The translations under genes and the position numbers were made by a program. Of a stretch of DNA of 64,000 nucleotides, positions 60,335-64,000 are shown one piece after another. Location: positions 640,001-704,000 of the forward strand of contig CAWHXY010000004.1 of NCBI GenBank assembly GCA_963833575.1, in the 5' to 3' direction. A model generated the notes under the pieces. The model saw only the letters and a program-made list of their open reading frames with translations, was not told the origin of the DNA and made no database searches. Numbering within the stretch: the first letter of the stretch is position 1; each line of letters starts with the position of its first letter. This DNA is from Candidatus Bathyarchaeota archaeon (GTDB lineage: Archaea; Thermoproteota; Bathyarchaeia; Bathyarchaeales; Bathycorpusculaceae).

Positions 60335-60820
60335 TCATTTTTCTTTTAATTTTCCCATTTTCGCTTGAGCTTCATTTAGCATATTAATGATTTGTTTCCA
60401 GTGTGTTCCTTGCCAATAGATTTGCCCACAATTTGGGCACTTCCAAAACTTTTCGTAATAAGTTGAAGTGTTTTTCTCTAGTTTCTCTAAAAGTTGTTGT
60501 TTAGGTGTAGCTTTAAGTTTCGTGTTGCATATGGGGCAATTTGACTTTTCCATATCTACTACTAAAGGTATTAGGTATCGCTGAGCAAGCTCGGCCAGCC
60601 TTTCAGATTCCGTTTTACCCTCGACATAGTAAGCATCAACGTTCCTTGCGATGGCTCGTTTGTAGAGCTCTAAATCTTTTGTTAATAAAACGCGGTTCTC
60701 CTTCTTAGCTGTTTCAAGAAGTACAGAATCGTTTAGTTGGGTATCATATATGACATCGTGTCCTAACATGCGTAGCCAGCGTGCCAGTTTTCCCAGCATG
60801 CTATCCGCAAGGAACTTCAA
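60335..60820 (-). CDS. Mut7-C RNase domain protein
   Basis: FLADSMLGKLARWLRMLG, LLTKD, CPICN...CPNCGQIYWQGTH. Confidence 0.9.
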   Translation of the reverse strand: MKFLADSMLGKLARWLRMLGHDVIYDTQLNDSVLLETAKKENRVLLTKDLELYKRAIARNVDAYYVEGKTESERLAELAQRYLIPLVVDMEKSNCPICNTKLKATPKQQLLEKLEKNTSTYYEKFWKCPNCGQIYWQGTHWKQIINMLNEAQAKMGKLKEK

Positions 60821-62163
60821 ACATTTTCTCTCCGAACAATCGAAGCACTACCCGTTTTAGTAACTATATCCCCTTCATCAAATACTAACGACCCATCAAC
60901 AAAGGTTTTTACTGGCTTTCCTACAACATCCCATCCATTAAAGGGTGAGTATTTTGCTTTAGACTTTAATTTTGATGCATCAATTTTGAATTTTTGGTTA
61001 AAATCAACCACCGCTAAATCTGCATTCAGTCCCTGCTCCAAATAACCCCTATCCTTCAAACCATAAATTTCAGCAGGCTTCTCCGCGAGAAGTTGAACGA
61101 TTTGACCTAAAGATAACCGATTCTTCCTAACCTGCGTCAAAATCAGAGGTAAAGTTGTTTCTAAACCAGGTACTCCGACTTTAACATCCCACACGCTGCT
61201 TGCCGACTTCTCGCTTAAAGTGTGTGGCGCATGATCCGAGCCTAAAGTATCAATCCAACCTTTTACCAAACACTTCCATAACGCTTCAACATTGCTTTTG
61301 CTGCGGAGAGGCGGTGCCATAATCAGCATTTGACCGTAATGAACAAAATCAGCATCAGACAACAACAGGTGATTAGGAGTCACTTCGCAAGTTACTTTTC
61401 TTCCTGATTTTTTAGCTTCCCAGATAGTGTTTAAACCCTTTTCAGTTGAAACATGACAAAAATGGAGTCGCACACCACTTGATTCATTAATTTTTAGTAG
61501 TCGTGCAATCGCTTTAAGCTCAACAGTTTCTGAATGCGCCTGCTGAAAAGCAGCATTACTGGTCTTTTTCGCTTGCTTAAGTTTTTCTTCATTTGATGTA
61601 AGCAACGTTTTGTCTTCAGCATGAACCGCCACTGGCACATTCAACTCAGCGACTTCTTTAAACGCAGCTTCTAAGGCTTGATCATCATCAATATCTAATC
61701 CGCCGATTTGACAACCCATAAAAAGCTTGAACGCTACTGCTCCTTGCTCAACTATGTCTTTAATTTCTGAGATTCGTTTTGGAAATTCAGAGTAAAACCC
61801 AACATGAACAAGAATTTTTCTTGAAGCAATGCCCATGCGATCTTTCAGAGTTTGGACGCTCATAGTAACTGGTTCGTTATTTGGCATATCCAAAACCGTG
61901 GTGAAGCCCCCAGCGGCGGCAGCGGCAGTTCCCGTTTGGAAATCTTCTTTGTATGCTCTTCCTTCATCCCTCAAATGAACGTGTTCATCTATCAAACCGG
62001 GCAGGACTAAGAGGTTTTTTAGGTTAGTTTTTTGGTCAGCACTCGGCATTTGAGTTTCTTTACCAATTTTGAAAATTTTGCCCTCTTCAATGGCTAAACT
62101 ACAATCAACGATTTGCCCGTTGAGGTAAGCTTTCGCATTTGTAAGGACAGAATCAACAATCAC
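60817..62163 (-). CDS. pyrC: Dihydroorotase
   Basis: IDEHVHLRD, DMPN, HAED, CHVST, SDHAPH. Confidence 0.88.
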   Translation of the reverse strand: MIVDSVLTNAKAYLNGQIVDCSLAIEEGKIFKIGKETQMPSADQKTNLKNLLVLPGLIDEHVHLRDEGRAYKEDFQTGTAAAAAGGFTTVLDMPNNEPVTMSVQTLKDRMGIASRKILVHVGFYSEFPKRISEIKDIVEQGAVAFKLFMGCQIGGLDIDDDQALEAAFKEVAELNVPVAVHAEDKTLLTSNEEKLKQAKKTSNAAFQQAHSETVELKAIARLLKINESSGVRLHFCHVSTEKGLNTIWEAKKSGRKVTCEVTPNHLLLSDADFVHYGQMLIMAPPLRSKSNVEALWKCLVKGWIDTLGSDHAPHTLSEKSASSVWDVKVGVPGLETTLPLILTQVRKNRLSLGQIVQLLAEKPAEIYGLKDRGYLEQGLNADLAVVDFNQKFKIDASKLKSKAKYSPFNGWDVVGKPVKTFVDGSLVFDEGDIVTKTGSASIVRRENV

Positions 62164-62255
62164 ATCAGTTCACGTTCACATTGAATAGCGAGTAATTTGC
62201 TAATTAAAGTTTATTTATCGTTCAAACAATCGCTTAATATAAGAAAAAACATGGT

Positions 62256-62834
62256 TTATTTTTCTTGGTCGAGTTCTATCCTGCATTCATCGCAAATGTT
62301 TTGTCCGTTTCGTTCTTTGAGACTTTCCGAGTATACATTGCATCGATCGCAGTATCCAGACATTGGAACCTCTTCGGTTTCTTCAGTTCTAGCGTTGCCT
62401 TCGATCCTTGATCTTTCGAGAATCGTCTCTATTAGTTCAGGCATTACGCCTAGTACATCTTTACTTGAGATTATTCCAACAAGGTTACCCTTGTAAATTA
62501 CGCCTAGACGTCTGATATCTAGTCGATTCATTCTTCTGGCTGCTTCAGTGATTGTTGCTTCTGGTTCAATTGTTACCAATGGGGTTGTCATAATTTCTTT
62601 AGCCTTAACTGTGTCTGGTTTGAGGTTTTTAGCTAGGACTCTAATCACTAGGTCCCGTTCGGTAATAATTCCGATTGACTTACCCACCTGATTTGTTACT
62701 ATTACTGCACCTAAGGCCTCGTGATCCATAGCGATTGCAGCTTTGTTTGAACATTCATTCTCATCCATAGTCACAACTGGACTACTCATAACATCTCTTA
62801 CCAACATTTTTGTTCCTAACCCAAGTTCAGACAC
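62256..62834 (-). CDS. CBS-pair protein with C-terminal Zn ribbon
   Basis: VRDVMS, GIITERD, GYCDRC...CDEC; start moved to GTG at 62834. Confidence 0.85.
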   Translation of the reverse strand: MSELGLGTKMLVRDVMSSPVVTMDENECSNKAAIAMDHEALGAVIVTNQVGKSIGIITERDLVIRVLAKNLKPDTVKAKEIMTTPLVTIEPEATITEAARRMNRLDIRRLGVIYKGNLVGIISSKDVLGVMPELIETILERSRIEGNARTEETEEVPMSGYCDRCNVYSESLKERNGQNICDECRIELDQEK

Positions 62835-62964
62835 AATTTCACTTCCTACACAATTATGTAAGCTCAGCTTCACTTCAACAATAAAGAGATCCATAATTTA
62901 AGACTTACTTAACAGGGAATTTTGCCCTGTGAAGTTTTATTAGACTCATAACCGATAGGACACA

Positions 62965-63873
62965 ATGCAAATCGAGGAAACAATTATGCTTCGAACAAAT
63001 ACTGAGAAACTCATTAAAATGTCAGTCATGGGCGAAATAGCTAGCCCGACAATCCGATCAGTATATAATGTTTCGGCAACTGGGAAGCCGATGGTGTTGC
63101 CTGGAGTAGGTGGCATAACTTACAATTTGAGAATTGGAGATTTAGCGTGCGGTTGGGAAGCGGATCATGTAGAGCCTGGCGTTAGTGTTGAAAACAAAGA
63201 AAACGATACTCGCTCAGGACAAGCAGCTAACACTGCCTTTAACGTGCTATCCTGCATTGGAAACAAAGCAATAGTTGTTAATGGCGATGCCAAGGGCGCT
63301 GAGGGAACAGTTACAGGTAAACATGGTGGAATCGAACATGTGCTAGTTGATTTTCCAATAGAGATTCTGCATAAGCTCATACCTGGAGATAGAATTCTAG
63401 TAAAATCTTTTGGCATCGGGTTAAAACTCATCGACTTACCAGAAATCAAAGTTCTAAATATGGACCCGTCATTGCTTGAGGCATGGAACCCACAGCCGAA
63501 GGACGACAAGCTTGAGGTACAAGTTACTCATATTATTCCAGCCGCCATCATGGGTTCAGGCTTGGGAGCTAATCAAGTTAACTCAGGAGACTATGACATC
63601 CAATTATTCGATGAAACAATCGTTAAGCAGTATGATCTTGAAAGCTTACGGCTTGGTGACTTGGTAGCTATTATAGATGCAGATCATTCATTTGGAAGAA
63701 TTTACCGTCAGGGCGCTGTCACAGTGGGTGTAGTAATTCATTCAAATTGTGTCACTGCCGGGCATGGTCCAGGAGTCACAACTTTAATGACTTCATCTGT
63801 TGGAAAAATTATCCCGGAAATAAGTGCCAAAGCTAATATTGCTTCTCTACTAAACTTAAGAGCATATATATAA
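62965..63873 (+). CDS. DUF4438-like protein
   Basis: PGVGGITYN, DHVEPGVS, GKHGGIEHV, GDYDI, GHGPGV. Confidence 0.75.
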   Translation: MQIEETIMLRTNTEKLIKMSVMGEIASPTIRSVYNVSATGKPMVLPGVGGITYNLRIGDLACGWEADHVEPGVSVENKENDTRSGQAANTAFNVLSCIGNKAIVVNGDAKGAEGTVTGKHGGIEHVLVDFPIEILHKLIPGDRILVKSFGIGLKLIDLPEIKVLNMDPSLLEAWNPQPKDDKLEVQVTHIIPAAIMGSGLGANQVNSGDYDIQLFDETIVKQYDLESLRLGDLVAIIDADHSFGRIYRQGAVTVGVVIHSNCVTAGHGPGVTTLMTSSVGKIIPEISAKANIASLLNLRAYI

Positions 63874-63924
63874 GATAGTTTAATCCATAATTGGAAAAAT
63901 AGAGAGAATAAGAGGTTAAAATAA

Positions 63925-64000
63925 TTGCCATCTAAGCGAAAAAGCCGAGGAAGAGCCAAAGGAAGCAAAGGAAGCAGCAGCCTTGTTCAATGCGCTAATT
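63925..64000 (+). CDS. rps26e: 30S ribosomal protein S26e (5' part, runs off the window)
   Basis: TTG start, MPSKRKSRGRAKGSKGSSSLVQCAN. Confidence 0.88.
   Translation, partial: MPSKRKSRGRAKGSKGSSSLVQCAN

Noticed and set aside
1050-63968. Many 60-150 aa antisense or overlapping ORFs in the track (e.g. 7253-7576, 30337-30783, 32364-32789, 55119-55520)
   Set aside because: They are shadows of well-supported genes on the opposite strand or frame and have no motifs.
1-64000. CRISPR array, rRNA, intact tRNA, transposase or integrase
   Set aside because: No regularly spaced repeats, no GC-rich structural RNA blocks and no recognisable recombinase motifs were seen by eye.

Overview
Gene-dense, AT-rich archaeal chromosome segment with about 75 CDS. 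It carries a histone, Alba, TFB, Rpo6, a thermosome subunit, tetraether lipid synthase and the ribosomal proteins L7Ae, S28e, L24e, L40e, S17e, S25e and S26e. S25e/S26e together with a histone point to a TACK-type lineage, and Bathyarchaeia is my best inference. Core content: a DAP-type lysine operon (dapA-dapB-asd-lysA-dapF-dapL), an NAD(P)-type methylene-H4MPT dehydrogenase, non-discriminating aspS, an asnB-like gene, purB, hel308, an iscS-like/iscU/sufS operon, a ~13 kb glycosylation cluster, trpB2 with divergent trpY, and pyrC. A ~5 kb accessory patch between aspS and asnB holds two tandem vapBC modules, each followed by a degenerate tRNA-Lys 3'-half. Other notable points: an IscS homologue that has lost most PLP/substrate residues, an rpo6 gene whose only plausible start is ACG, TRP boxes between trpB2 and trpY, an AsnB lacking Cys1, and a deacetylase-GNAT fusion. 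I saw no intact tRNA, rRNA, CRISPR array, integrase or transposase. All calls come from motif recognition by eye; no database searches were run.
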